A DNA stretch of 63,232 nucleotides, filler included, from Octopus bimaculoides (taxonomy: Eukaryota): the NCBI RefSeq assembly GCF_001194135.2. It is 4 parts of 3 records of this genome, joined end to end, with 100 filler letters (N's around TTAATTAATTAA, not from the genome) between each part and the next. Parts side by side here need not be neighbours in the genome. Positions count along the whole stretch, not along the records: positions 1 to 26,891 come from NC_068988.1; positions 26,992 to 31,731 come from NC_068989.1; positions 31,832 to 61,974 come from NC_068989.1; 1 more part is not named here. One strand, given 5' to 3'. Positions 23,357-36,243 of the stretch are shown here, piece after piece. Each line of letters starts with the position of its first letter. Within the stretch, counting starts at the first letter, position 1. A program made the translations under genes and the position numbers. Below the pieces are notes generated by a model. The model saw only the letters and a program-made list of their open reading frames with translations. It did no database searches and was not told where the DNA came from.

Positions 23357-24257
23357 CCAGACTGGGCGTTGTGAGTGTTTATTGAACGAAAACTACCTAN
23401 NNNNNNNNNNNNNNNNNNNNNNNNNNNNNNNNNNNNNNNNNNNNNNNNNNNNNNNNNNNNNNNNNNNNNNNNNNNNNNNNNNNNNNNNNNNNNNNNNNNN
23501 NNNNNNNNNNNNNNNNNNNNNNNNNNNNNNNNNNNNNNNNNNNNNNNNNNNNNNNNNNNNNNNNNNNNNNNNNNNNNNNNNNNNNNNNNNNNNNNNNNNN
23601 NNNNNNNNNNNNNNNNNNNNNNNNNNNNNNNNNNNNNNNNNNNNNNNNNNNNNNNNNNNNNNNNNNNNNNNNNNNNNNNNNNNNNNNNNNNNNNNNNNNN
23701 NNNNNNNNNNNNNNNNNNNNNNNNNNNNNNNNNNNNNNNNNNNNNNNNNNNNNNNNNNNNNNNNNNNNNNNNNNNNNNNNNNNNNNNNNNNNNNNNNNNN
23801 NNNNNNNNNNNNNNNNNNNNNNNNNNNNNNNNNNNNNNNNNNNNNNNNNNNNNNNNNNNNNNNNNNNNNNNNNNNNNNNNNNNNNNNNNNNNNNNNNNNN
23901 NNNNNNNNNNNNNNNNNNNNNNNNNNNNNNNNNNNNNNNNNNNNNNNNNNNNNNNNNNNNNNNNNNNNNNNNNNNNNNNNNNNNNNNNNNNNNNNNNNNN
24001 NNNNNNNNNNNNNNNNNNNNNNNNNNNNNNNNNNNNNNNNNNNNNNNNNNNNNNNNNNNNNNNNNNNNNNNNNNNNNNNNNNNNNNNNNNNNNNNNNNNN
24101 NNNNNNNNNNNNNNNNNNNNNNNNNNNNNNNNNNNNNNNNNNNNNNNNNNNNNNNNNNNNNNNNNNNNNNNNNNNNNNNNNNNNNNNNNNNNNNNNNNNN
24201 NNNNNNNNNNNNNNNNNNNNNNNNNNNNNNNNNNNNNNNNNNNNNNNNNNNNNNNNN

Positions 24258-24296
<39 letters not shown>

Positions 24297-24512
24297 ATAT
24301 GTTTGTGTGTCTGTGTTTGTCCCCCCAACATCGCTTGACAACCGATGTTGGTGTGTTTAGGTCCCCGTAACTTAGCGGTTCGGCAAAAGAAACAAATAAA
24401 ATAAGTACTAGGCTTACAAAGATTAAATCATGGGGCCGATTTCATTCGACTAAAAGTGGTGCTCCGGAATGGCCACAGTCAAATGACTGAAACAGGTAAA
24501 AGAGTAAAGAGT
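22758..24512. mobile_element. SINE-A halves at gap edges (22758-22918 minus; 24258-24512 plus)
   Basis: Similarity to SINE-A. Confidence 0.8.
23191..23227 (+). ncRNA. Minimal hammerhead-like motif, family B, with CUGUUGA core
   Basis: TCTTT CTGTTGA A GAGC gta GCTC GAAA CG TT AAAGA; all three helices form; A6 replaced by U; lies in a pLTR-like repeat at about 23130-23320. Confidence 0.65.
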
Positions 24513-26891
24513 AAATTGAAAACCCTGAGCTGTTCTTTCCCCTTAAAGGGAAACTTCACCCTCCCTTATATTTCTTAGCAAACCCTCTTTCTTTCTCTTT
24601 CTTACTCCGAAAGGTGCAGCACCAACCGTCGCCAGCCAAATTTCCCACATATCTAATATCCTTAACTAATAGAATTAAATTCGACACTGATGATAACAAT
24701 TAGGATCAAAGTACAGATATGTATTACTGGAATTTTATTATTGTTATTACAACGACGAAGTAAGAGTGAGAGAAAGTTGTGGTGAAAGAGTACAGCAGGG
24801 TTCGCCACCATCCCCTGCCGGAGCCTCGTGGAGCTTTAGGTGTTTTCGCTCAATAAACACTCACAACGCCCGGTCTGGGAATCGAAACCGCGATCCTATG
24901 ACTGTGAGTCCGCTGCCTTAACCACTGGGCCATTGCGCCTCCACTAGTAGTAATAGTAGTAGTAGTATAAGATAATAAATATGAAATAGAATCTCTCCCA
25001 TTGAACGAAATACAAATAGACTTGTAAAAATAGAGGATTCCCAAGCAACATGACGTCAACGAGACGGTCGAAAATTGAGACGCTAGCCGGAAGAAGTACT
25101 TGAAGAAGGAAGCGATTATTTTGGCTCGCCTAGAGAATATACATAAAAAAGATTATGATTGAAATTGCAATAAAACTAACATAAAAATAAAACAAACAAA
25201 AGAATTTTTCCCTGAACATTTGCTTTCGTGTAATATTTTATGAATAATATCTAATTAAAAGCAATGTCTTAGCAGTGAAGGTATGATAAAAAAAACGTCC
25301 GTTTTTAACTTTTCTCTTTCTTTTTTCGAAGGGTATCTCTAGTAAACTGATTGAGCAGCCAATAAATATGCTTTTTGTGAATATTGATTTCACAGAAACA
25401 GTTGTTAGTAGAAGGTGAGGGATCCCATATTTTCTTTGTCTTCAGGCAGTGTATGTACTGTATCAAGTGCAAAGTAGCAGTCTTTTTGTTTTCATATATA
25501 ACCAGGGTGGAATTTGAGCTCAAAATAAATTTGTGAAAAACCACTCCACCACCAAAATAGCATCAGAGTAATTAGAGCATATCAGGCAACCTCCACGCTG
25601 TTTTTTTTTAAACCCTAGATCAGTCAGTCAGAAGATCTACGTTTCTACGTTGCTCCGGCTATAATCATCCCATCTTCTTGGTATAAGGTAATATATGGAT
25701 TTTTGGATTTTTCCTTTTTTAAGGCTATAAGGTGAAAGATATTTGAGTGACATTTCCATAGGTCGAGCGACCACGTTGAGGCTCCTATTGGCCTGCTCTC
25801 TAAGCTGTCTTACAGTTGAAGAAATATACGAGTTGATTCTGCTGATTCTGTCTTCAGCGGTGTAGACACGCTCTATAACCTCCTCTTGTAATGCACACAA
25901 TTTCTGAGAATTTGTTCTCATATCATTTATTGCAGTTATCACTTTTGCTTTTGGTTAGGTGTGTGGGCTATGAAATTATACGGCATTTCTCTGCAATACA
26001 TAACATGCTGCTATTGATACCAAGGGGTAGCTGTTTCTGCTGTTAACTAACTTATTATTTAATCAGTGTTATTCGCTTTCAGTTTCTAAATGCATCAAGA
26101 AAGCGGCGTTGCCTTATTTTTGGCATTTGTTAAGGGATATGTGAGTGCGTATACTGTAAGCTCCTGGCCTTGCAAATATCACCTTGCGAGACGCGAGTTA
26201 ACATCCGAAGAAACACTCAGTAAGTGATGATAATCCTTGCAACAGAAGAGCTGCTGGATGAATCTAGTTTAACAAAGACCTGGAGAATAACTACACCGCA
26301 CAACAATAATATTTCTTTTTGGTACAACCTCTTGTTAAGACTTTAACTCGGAATATCAATTAAATCCGATACAAATGTGACAGACTAATGAGTTAATCAT
26401 TATTTTTTTTCCACACTGTCAGTACATTAACCAGGTAAACTATTAGAAAATATGAATTCCTCAGCATTAAAATGCTTAATACACCTTTCTGTTTATTTGT
26501 TAAAACAAATATTTATAAACAAATGGCAGTTCTCAAATTACAGACACAAATTTACATGCGCTCACGTACGCACGCACACAGCGAGTTTCCGTTTACTAAT
26601 TTTACACTTTCCCTCCTTCCCACGTTACCGGCGTTCAGCCAAGCCTGATCTTTCTTTCTTGGCCGGCCGTTGTGCGTGCAACATCGATATTCCTCCCTGT
26701 GCCTGTGAAATCTTGTATCCCGGCTGTAAGGCCTTATTTCCATACACGCTAGCTTAATTTAATTCGTCCTTAGTCGAAAGACATCTGTTCTTATGTCCTG
26801 TTATTATTTTTATTGTATTTGTGTAACATTTTTCGTTTTTTTCCGTCCTTGTTTTTGTTTACATTCACTGCTTTCTTCCAAGGAATCTAAT

Positions 26892-26991
26892 NNNNNNNNN
26901 NNNNNNNNNNNNNNNNNNNNNNNNNNNNNNNNNNNTTAATTAATTAANNNNNNNNNNNNNNNNNNNNNNNNNNNNNNNNNNNNNNNNNNNN
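26892..26991. other. Assembly spacer N44-TTAATTAATTAA-N44
   Basis: Identical 100-bp structure at 31732-31831 and 61975-62074; the 12-mer has stops in all six frames. Confidence 0.9.
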
Positions 26992-27829
26992 ATATATACA
27001 TAAGTAAGTATCCACGTATACATGCATACATAAGTATATATATCCACGTACAAACATAATACATATGAATCCAACAGTTTTTTGAATTATTTACAAAACT
27101 AGACACACCGATCGTCTGCCTATTTCTCTCCAGTCAATGCATGACTATCTTTTTCCTCTTTCATCACGTTTCCCTACTTCTTTTCAATATCTTTCCTTCT
27201 CTTTCTGTCTGTCTGTCTCCCATTCTATTTACTTTGCTCCTTAACTATTTACTCATAGATACGTCTGTCTCTCTGTCTCTATCAATGTCTCTCTCTTTCT
27301 TTCTCTCTTAGTTACACATTTACACACACTCACCAATCTCTCTCTGTATGCCTACCTCTTTTTCTCTCGCCGTCTCTTTCACCCTTTCGTCTTCCTTCAC
27401 CTGTCAAACAGGTAGAATTGTCATTACAGAAATAAGTTAAAAGATAATGTCCAATGCTTACTGTTTCTGTTCATTAAACACACTTGGTGGGAGTTTTGTT
27501 TACTAATTGCTTAGATAATCTTAGTTAACCGAAGTTTCCAGTTCACTATATAGCACACATGTGTGACTAAATCGTATTTCCGAATTTACTTGGCAAAACG
27601 CTCACTGTGGAAATTTTACTTGCCTCTGCATCCTCCTCACACAGGTGTTTCTTCCACCATCCGCCACCTCATCTCTATTCCCCTTCCCCTCGGTATCTAC
27701 GACTTGACAACGAGCCGCCTGTCTCATGACATTTCCGCTCCGCTGACCATTCCACCCAACGTCACCCAGTCTGCGTACTTCACTAATTTTCTTCTTTCAC
27801 ATGTTTGTACTACTGCTGAATTGTAATTA

Positions 27830-27960
27830 CAGGAATGAGAACCCAGGTTCGAAATTTCCCCAGGACACCTGAAGAAGGCTGGAGAGTATATCAGCCGAAA
27901 CGTTGTGTTAACAACAAACAAGATGAGAACAAATATCCGTCAAATGTAAATAATGTAAAG
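27830..27960 (+). mobile_element. Solo PLE pLTR, family A
   Basis: Near-identical inverted copy of 17920-18050, ending in AATGTAAATAATGTAAA. Confidence 0.8.
27864..27909 (+). ncRNA. Minimal type I hammerhead ribozyme, family A
   Basis: GACAC CTGAAGA A GGCTG gagagtatat CAGCC GAAA CG TT GTGTT; CUGANGA core intact. Confidence 0.8.
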
Positions 27961-28392
27961 AATATACTGCTTCTGCATTGCATTAAGTCAGCACACCAAG
28001 TTTGGTAAAAACTTCAGTAGGCATTATGAATCCACCTAGGATTTTGCACGATTTGGATCAAATGTGATGGTGTTAGATATCTTCAGTTGGGGGTGACGTT
28101 TTCTTTTGTTTTTTTTTTAAAAACTTAAGATAAAGGTTATTTTTCTTTATGAAATTGTTCATTGACTTTTGATACTGCAAATTGTTTAATTCCAAAAAAT
28201 CAAAAAGTCATAACTCTAGTGATTACACATAGACACACATATACGCACACACAATATTTCATACCCTCACAAACCCACAAACTGCTTCGTTCTTGGGTTA
28301 CTACGATATAGAGAAAGGTAAGTCAGTTCCGGGTCATCGCCTTTTGGACCAATTACTCCAAGAGACTCACTGGAACTACTCAAAGCCGATTT

Positions 28393-28800
28393 CTATGAAT
28401 TGTAGCCTTCAGACAGCGGAAACATTTTTAAACGAAACATTTTCCTGTGACGGTTACAAGATATTATCTCTGATGTCTGCTTAAGATATAACTCTCCTTG
28501 CTTCAGGATATGGAGCTTTTCAGCTTGACAAATCCTACAATTCCCTGACATGTTAAAGTATGGCATAACTCTATCAATGTTGTTCCATGTTATTGGAAAG
28601 CATGACAATCTTTTTGGCTTCCAGGTTAATTATAACAGAGATGATAATTGATGCCAGTGGAAGTATTGCTGTCAGTGACAGTGGTGGAGATGCTGGTATT
28701 TCTGTCGCTCGCTGGTATTGTTATTATGTCAGCCCTAATCGTGCAGATCTATGATCGAAGGTGTTCCAACAAGTTTTATATATCCAGATATAATTGGTCA
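28393..28800 (-). mobile_element. Degenerate PLE endonuclease C-terminus (second clade)
   Basis: ITWNNIDRVMPYFNMSGNCRICQAEKLHIL...SEIISCNRH fits the W-x-I...PY...C-x2-C-x2-EK...SE-x-IS-x-CRH pattern. Confidence 0.7.
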
Positions 28801-28864
28801 AGAATTACAATATCCAGTGCGTCCATTTTTTTTAGCAGGCTCAATGTTTTTGTTGCTTGTGATG

Positions 28865-29045
28865 ATTGTGGTGGTGATGGTGGTGGTGTTGGTGTTGGTG
28901 GTGGTGTTGGTGGTGGTGGTGGTGGTGGTGGGAACGATGGTGATAGTGGTACGAGTGTTGCCGTGATGGTGGTGGTGGTGGTGTTGGTTTTAATGTTGGT
29001 GATGTTATTGTTGAGGGTGTTATTATTGTTGTCGTTGTTATTCAC
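28865..29045. repeat. (GGT)n/(GTT)n low-complexity tract
   Basis: Direct inspection. Confidence 0.9.
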
Positions 29046-29504
29046 ACTTGACCGATCAGGAATATGATTAAAGGCATTCCTACTATGACCATCACCCTTT
29101 AATTCCAAAAATTATATAACTCAAACTACGTTATCCAATGTGTGCATTTTAAAGATAGTAGTGTGCTGGGAGGGAGGGTGTCAGGGATATATGACTGTTG
29201 TATCTAGCAGGTTCAGCGACCACATAATGAGCGACTCCTTCATTAGCTCAAATTGTTGTTGTTGTCCTTCCATCATAGATTTACTCTAGCTGAGTTAATC
29301 TATGATGGAAGGAATTCCGGTCGTGACCATCCCGTTTTTTCTTCCAGCAGGTTCTGCATGACATTATGCAGTGTGTCCTTTTATAAGACAATAGGGTGTG
29401 ATTTGAGGGAGAGTTGTTTGTTAGCAAATACATGAATAAGTATTCCAATCGTAACTATTCCGCTTTTTCTTTTTTTTTCTTTTTCGTGGTAGATACAGTT
29501 ATAG

Positions 29505-29885
29505 CTGTTGTTGTTGGCACTCCGTCGCTTACGACGACGAGGGTTCCAGTTGATCCGATCAACAGAACAGCCTTTTCGTGAAATTAACGTGCAAGTGGCT
29601 GAGCACTCCACAGACACGTGTACCCTTAACGTAGTTCTCGGGGATATTCAGCGTGTGACAAGGCTGGCCCTTTGAATTACAGGCACAACAGAAACAGGAA
29701 GTAAGAGTGAGAGAAAGTTGTGGTGAAAGAGTACAGCAGGGTTCGCCACCATCCCCTGCCGGAGCCTCGTGGAGCTTTAGGTGTTTTCGCTCAATAAACA
29801 CTCACAACGCCCGGTCTGGGAATCGCAACCGCGATCCTATGACCGCGAGTCAGCTGTCCTAACCACTGGGCCATTGCGCCTCCAC
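29505..29885 (-). mobile_element. SINE family B, full length
   Basis: Head GGAGGCGCAATGGCCCAGTGGTTAGG with A and B boxes, (AAC)n tail; other copies at 21750-21930 (+), 23356-23399 (+), 24752-24945 (-), diverged tail about 62900-63005 (+). Confidence 0.85.
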
Positions 29886-30719
29886 ACAGTTATAATATTC
29901 GATGGCATAAAAGATGCACGGACATATTAGATGCACCCTAAGTCCAGCAGAACAAAAAGATTTAGAGCATTAACGCTCGTAGCAATTAAAGCAGGAAAGA
30001 GCAAGCTGTTTCGAGAAGCGGGCCGTATGAGACATGTTTTATAATCAGGCGGGCTGCACTACTAGAAACATATGGAATAGCTTCATTCGGCGCACCATTC
30101 AGAAAGTCCCGCAGGCTGCAGTTTGCTCGTCCACGATTGATTTAAAGCAATTTTGCAGTAAGGCGGTGAGTTGGCAGAATAATTAGTACATCATGCGAAA
30201 TGCTTAACTGCATTTCGTCTGTCCTTACGTTCTGAGTTCAAATCCCACCGAGGTCGACTTTCCTTTTGATTCTTTCGGGGTCGATAAAATAAGTACCAGT
30301 TGAGCACTGAAGTCGATGTAATTAATTTATCTCCTCCCCCGGACTTGCTGGCCTTGTGCCAAAATTTAAAACTAATACTGTTCTTTGTTGTCGTTGGTTC
30401 ACATATTGATACTGTAGTAGCTGTTGTTTTATTGTTGTTTCACATTATTTTGCCGCGACTTCTCTGTTACTATGATGACGTTTTCATCTCACACCAAATA
30501 CAATCCGAACTACCTGATACACACACATACACCCTTCCTTTGTGTATGAATAGAAAAGATCATACCACTACCACCACCACCACCACCACCATCATCATCT
30601 TCATCACATCTGTCTTACCAATTCACATTAAAAATCTGCGCACGACCTCCCGCCATTTCAGCTCAACTGTCTGTCTATCTGTCTGTCTGCTTGTCTTTTT
30701 GATTCTATAAATCTCTATC

Positions 30720-30769
30720 CCTTTGTCTATCTGTCCCAACGTCTGCTTTTGGGTCTGTCAGATGGTTGA

Positions 30770-30804
<35 letters not shown>

Positions 30805-30851
30805 TTCTTTCTCTCTGTCCTACCTGTTTAATTTTTCTGATTGTCTGTCTG

Positions 30852-30890
<39 letters not shown>

Positions 30891-31440
30891 CTTTCCTCTC
30901 TGTACGCTTAACTTTTCTGCCTGTCTGTTGAAGACAGACAAAATAATAACACACAACTTCTGCCACTCCCAACGTGAAACACCATTTAACTCTTGCTGTT
31001 GGTGTTGCTGCTGCTGCACTTTCATTCATAACTTTCACTCAATGGAAATATATATCGCTGGTTGGCAGTGTGGAAGAAAGAGAGAGAGAGAGAAGGAAAG
31101 AGCTAGAAAGAGAGAGAGAGAGAGAAAGAGACGAAGAGGGTGAGGGTGGAGACAAGGAAAAGACCATGAGAGAAAGAGGAGGCAGTGAAAGAAAAGAGAG
31201 AAAAAAAAAGACAAAGAAAGAAAAGAAGGAAGGAAAGAGAGGAGACAAGACAACAGGAACAAAGAAAAAAAGAGAGAAACAAGGAATGGAAGAAAGAAAG
31301 AAGAGAGAAACAAAGAAAGAAGGAAGGGAGGAAGGAAGGGAGGAAGGAAGGAAAAGAATTCTCGAAAGAAAAAGAGACGGGAAGAAAGAAAAAGACAAGA
31401 ATAAAAGAAAAAAAAGAAGACGAGAAATGTAAGGAAAGGA
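30720..31440. repeat. Polypyrimidine tract (30720-30905) and polypurine tract (31070-31440)
   Basis: (CT)n/(CTGT)n followed by (GA)n/(GGAA)n. Confidence 0.9.
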
Positions 31441-31544
31441 TGCGATTTGGAAATAACGAATTATTTAATACGAATTTGTAAAGGAAGATGGAATGGGAAG
31501 CTGTGGTGTTAATGCTTTTCCCTTCCTGAGAATGCCCTAAGGAG

Positions 31545-31831
31545 AGATTGTGAGTGGTAAGAAGTTTGCTTCCTAACCATAAGGTCGTGGGTTCAGTACC
31601 ACTGCGTGGCACCTTGGGCAAGTATCTTCTACTATAGCTTCGGGCCGAACAAAGCCTTGTGAGAGGATTTTGTAGATGGAAACTGAAAGAAAAGAAGCCC
31701 GTCGTATGTGTGTGTGTGTGTGTGTGTGTGTNNNNNNNNNNNNNNNNNNNNNNNNNNNNNNNNNNNNNNNNNNNNTTAATTAATTAANNNNNNNNNNNNN
31801 NNNNNNNNNNNNNNNNNNNNNNNNNNNNNNN

Positions 31832-31865
<34 letters not shown>

Positions 31866-32521
31866 TGTATATATACATGCATAAATGTGTTTGTGTCTAT
31901 ACGCACACACAAACGCACACACACATTCACACGCACACAATATGTAGATAAGGTTATAACGCAAGCTGCGTCCTCTTGAAGTACATCTGCATATTCTAGT
32001 ACACCAAAATTGTTTGTAGACGTTATATTCGTGTTAGGAATGCGCAAGTGTTGAAAATACTGAAAAATATTATTTGGAGAGTTATGACATATCAAAACAA
32101 GAGGTCGGAAAAGAAGATTTTTAGACATCATTTATTTGCCATACAGATAAACATACATTTATACATATAGATATATATTTTGTTATTTTACTTGTTTCAC
32201 TCATTAGACTGCAACCATGCTGGAGTGCCACCTTGAAGGTTATTAGTCAAATGACTCAATCCCGGTACTTATTTCTTTAAAGCCTGATACTTGTTCTCTT
32301 GGTTTCCTTTGCCGAACCGCCAAGTTACTGGGACATAAACACACCAACACTAACTGTAAAGCGGTGATGAAAGACAAACGCAAAAACAAAGACACACACA
32401 CACACACACACACGCAGACACATACGGGTTTTGTGCAGTTTCTGTTTCACAAATCCACTCGCATATGTGTGTTTGTGTGTGCGTGCGTGTATGTATGTAT
32501 GTATGTATATATATATATATG

Positions 32522-32562
<41 letters not shown>

Positions 32563-32730
32563 CTCTTCGAAACGCTTAGTTTTAGAATGGTGGCAGCTGA
32601 TGAAGGAAATGTTCTCTATGTGGCCTGTGTGTTTTCTGTACTCTGTACCCATGCATTGGGACTGAACTCATGTGCATACATTTGGGAATCACCAAATAGG
32701 CACACATATGCATTTATGTATGTATGTATG

Positions 32731-32761
<31 letters not shown>

Positions 32762-35510
32762 TGGAAACAAACAGAAATAGCAGTCAGTGTCTTAGATGGA
32801 TACATTTATAGAATGAGAATCCTTTCAAATAATGAGCACTCTATTGATGAAAGTAATTTTCAATCCACCGTCAACTATGTGTGTGTGTGTGTACACACGC
32901 ATCTATTGCGGGTTCATTTAGTGCTGTAATACATTTCCCACGAACCAATTTTGATATCCGGTCGGAAACTATTCTCTGATGTCACAAATTGCCCTTGCAA
33001 TAATTGTAGTACTTTGTTGCCATTATTCAATAAATCTGTAACGTCACGCACATACGTGAAGCATAATGGGTGAATCTATTTAGGCTTGATACAACGAACG
33101 TCGCGTGGCTGAATGAAGCAAGTACGCCACGCTTATTGCTTGCCGATATTTCAGTTTAGGACGATGAATTAGATAATCGCAAGAAGCCGGTAGAATCGTT
33201 AGCGTATTGAGCAAGAACAATCTTGCAGTATTTAGATATACCTCTTCGTGCTCTGAGTTCAAATTTCTCCAAGGTCAATTTTACATTTCATCGTGTCCCT
33301 GTATCGAGAGAGCAAAGTATTGGGATAGGAATAATGATTGTGCACACACACACATACATATATAATTTTTCTTTAAGTTTAGTTTAAGCTCTTCTTCAAA
33401 GAGTTCAAGGCAGTTGCAAACAAAGCAACAAGATTTTTTGAGTTAAGAGAGTTCCCGGTGTTTGTAAATATTTGGACCAGTTGACGTTTTGGTTGAACTT
33501 TTGATGCATACACCCTAATGTGTGCATCTGTTCACATAAGAATCTCACCAGGAGAATTTTTGGAATGTCTGACAACTCTTCTCTGTGCCACTGATAGTTC
33601 ATATTCGGAGAATCAGCGTCAATTTCTTTGCTCTTTTCCCGTCAAAAATAGTGTTTCTAGGTGTTTATGCAAATTTGTTGATACATAACCTATGTATGTA
33701 TGTATGTGTCTCTTCTATTTTTTAATTATTATAAATCTTCCACTGAAGAGGGAGTCGGTTTCCAACAAAGTTACAAGGCTCTATCGTTGGGATGTAGTTA
33801 ACACAGACAAATTAACATTTGGAACTTGAGAAAAGTCTTGCATATTTGTACTGTTCCACTCACAGATTGAACTTGTACGAATTAGTCGATCAATTTCTCT
33901 TTCTGAAAATCCCAGTTTACTCTTAAAGCATTCACTAACAAAACCTAGTGCTCCAATTATTATTGGTATAAATATGAATTCATAGTCTGGATATAGAAGC
34001 TGGAGGTTTCGAAGCAGTTGTCCGTATACATCCTCTAATTACATGCTAATCACATGCGTGATGTATGTATGTATGTATGTATGTATGTATGTATGTATGC
34101 ATGTATGCATGTATGTATGTATGTATGTATGTATGTATGTATGTATGAATGTATGTATGTGCTTATTTGTTTGTTTTGATTTATGTATGTATTCTCATGC
34201 ATATAGTTGGATGTCTATACATGCTCATATATACTTAAATGATAAACTTCTAGAAAATTTTACATATTTTTACAGTTCCAGTGATGTCTAGGATCTGTAG
34301 TCTTCGACTCAGCTTTCTCCTTTCTGGTTTTGAGAAGCTTAATTTTTCAAGATTGATATTTAGGCAGTGGGTTATATATCTTAGGACCCCAATAGTTACA
34401 GGTATAATAAACCTGAACTTGTAATCTAGAGTAGCTGTATGTATGTATGTATGTATGTATGTATGTATGTATGTATGTATGTANNNNNNNNNNNNNNNNN
34501 NNNNNNNNNNNNNNNNNNNNNNNNNNNNNNNNNNNNNNNNNNNNNNNNNNNNNNNNNNNNNNNNNNNNNNNNNNNNNNNNNNNNNNNNNNNNNNNNNNNN
34601 NNNNNNNNNNNNNNNNNNNNNNNNNNNNNNNNNNNNNNNNNNNNNNNNNNNNNNNNNNNNNNNNNNNNNNNNNNNNNNNNNNNNNNNNNNNNNNNNNNNN
34701 NNNNNNNNNNNNNNNNNNNNNNNNNNNNNNNNNNNNNNNNNNNNNNNNNNNNNNNNNNNNNNNNNNNNNNNNNNNNNNNNNNNNNNNNNNNNNNNNNNNN
34801 NNNNNNNNNNNNNNNNNNNNNNNNNNNNNNNNNNNNNNNNNNNNNNNNNNNNNNNNNNNNNNNNNNNNNNNNNNNNNNNNNNNNNNNNNNNNNNNNNNNN
34901 NNNNNNNNNNNNNNNNNNNNNNNNNNNNNNNNNNNNNNNNNNNNNNNNNNNNNNNNNNNNNNNNNNNNNNNNNNNNNNNNNNNNNNNNNNNNNNNNNNNN
35001 NNNNNNNNNNNNNNNNNNNNNNNNNNNNNNNNNNNNNNNNNNNNNNNNNNNNNNNNNNNNNNNNNNNNNNNNNNNNNNNNNNNNNNNNNNNNNNNNNNNN
35101 NNNNNNNNNNNNNNNNNNNNNNNNNNNNNNNNNNNNNNNNNNNNNNNNNNNNNNNNNNNNNNNNNNNNNNNNNNNNNNNNNNNNNNNNNNNNNNNNNNNN
35201 NNNNNNNNNNNNNNNNNNNNNNNNNNNNNNNNNNNNNNNNNNNNNNNNNNNNNNNNNNNNNNNNNNNNNNNNNNNNNNNNNNNNNNNNNNNNNNNNNNNN
35301 NNNNNNNNNNNNNNNNNNNNNNNNNNNNNNNNNNNNATACAGGCGGTAGCATGGCTGTGTAATAAGAAGCCTACTTCTCAACTTCATGGTTTCGAGTTTA
35401 GTCCTACTGCGTGGCACCTTGGGCGAGTGTCTTCTACTATAGCCTCGAGCTGACCAAATGCTTGTGAGTAGATTTGAAAGACGGAAACTGAAAGAATCCC
35501 GTCGTATATC
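31545..35510. mobile_element. SINE-A partial copies (31545-31731 plus; 32185-32460 minus; 35343-35510 plus)
   Basis: Similarity to SINE-A. Confidence 0.75.
33700..34440 (-). mobile_element. R4/Dong 3'-end fragments (CATA-associated family)
   Basis: 34150-34440 closely matches 57330-57600; 33700-33830 is a UTR-like end abutting (TATG)n. Confidence 0.75.
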
Positions 35511-35834
35511 TATCAAATTATCTATCTATTTATCTATCTATCAATGTGTGTGTGTGTGTGTGTGGAGGCGCATGGTTTAGTGGTTAGGATGTAACGATTA
35601 CGATTGCGAGATCGTAGTTTCAATTCTCAGACTAGAGCAAAACACTTCATTTCATGTTGCCCTGCGATGATTTCGTTATCTGACATGTGGCACATGATGC
35701 AGGTGTACACGCAATATCGATTTGATGGAGAGAGTGAGCTTATGTGAACACAAGCATTTGATCACTATCCACAAAATTATCTGTGTGGTTGTTCCGCAAG
35801 AAATTGCGGAACCGCTAGTGGTACATATAAGCAC

Positions 35835-35903
<69 letters not shown>

Positions 35904-36193
35904 ATGATAAGGTTTAGAGGAGGAGGGAGGTTCGATTTCCGAAAACATCAAGAACAAATCCCTTACAGTTAGCCTCTTTGCCTGTCATTGATGGAGCTAT
36001 TAAACAATAGATATCTCATCTTTTGCAGTTAGTAAAGTAATTGAAGCTATAACAATATCGCTCTGCTGTTCATTGATATTCTGTTATTGGCGACAGAAAC
36101 GTTTATATGAGATGTTTTCTCGAAACGAATACCGCTGTTTTTGGCTTTCTACATTATATCCAAGTTAAGTAAAATAATAAGAAAGCTATTTTG

Positions 36194-36243
<50 letters not shown>

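Noticed and set aside
28648-29108. Overlapping 110-139 aa ORFs rich in N/T/P or V/G
   Set aside because: Generated by (GGT)n/(GTT)n repeats next to a PLE relic; no splice or homology support.
30974-31621. Charged K/E/R-rich ORFs
   Set aside because: Translation of a polypurine tract.
32560-32620. GAAACGC upstream of CTGATGA (permuted hammerhead?)
   Set aside because: Stems I and II cannot be formed convincingly.
33370-33660. Coding-looking unique sequence with 65-aa ORF
   Set aside because: No recognisable motif in any frame; stops in alternative frames; possibly an old TE.
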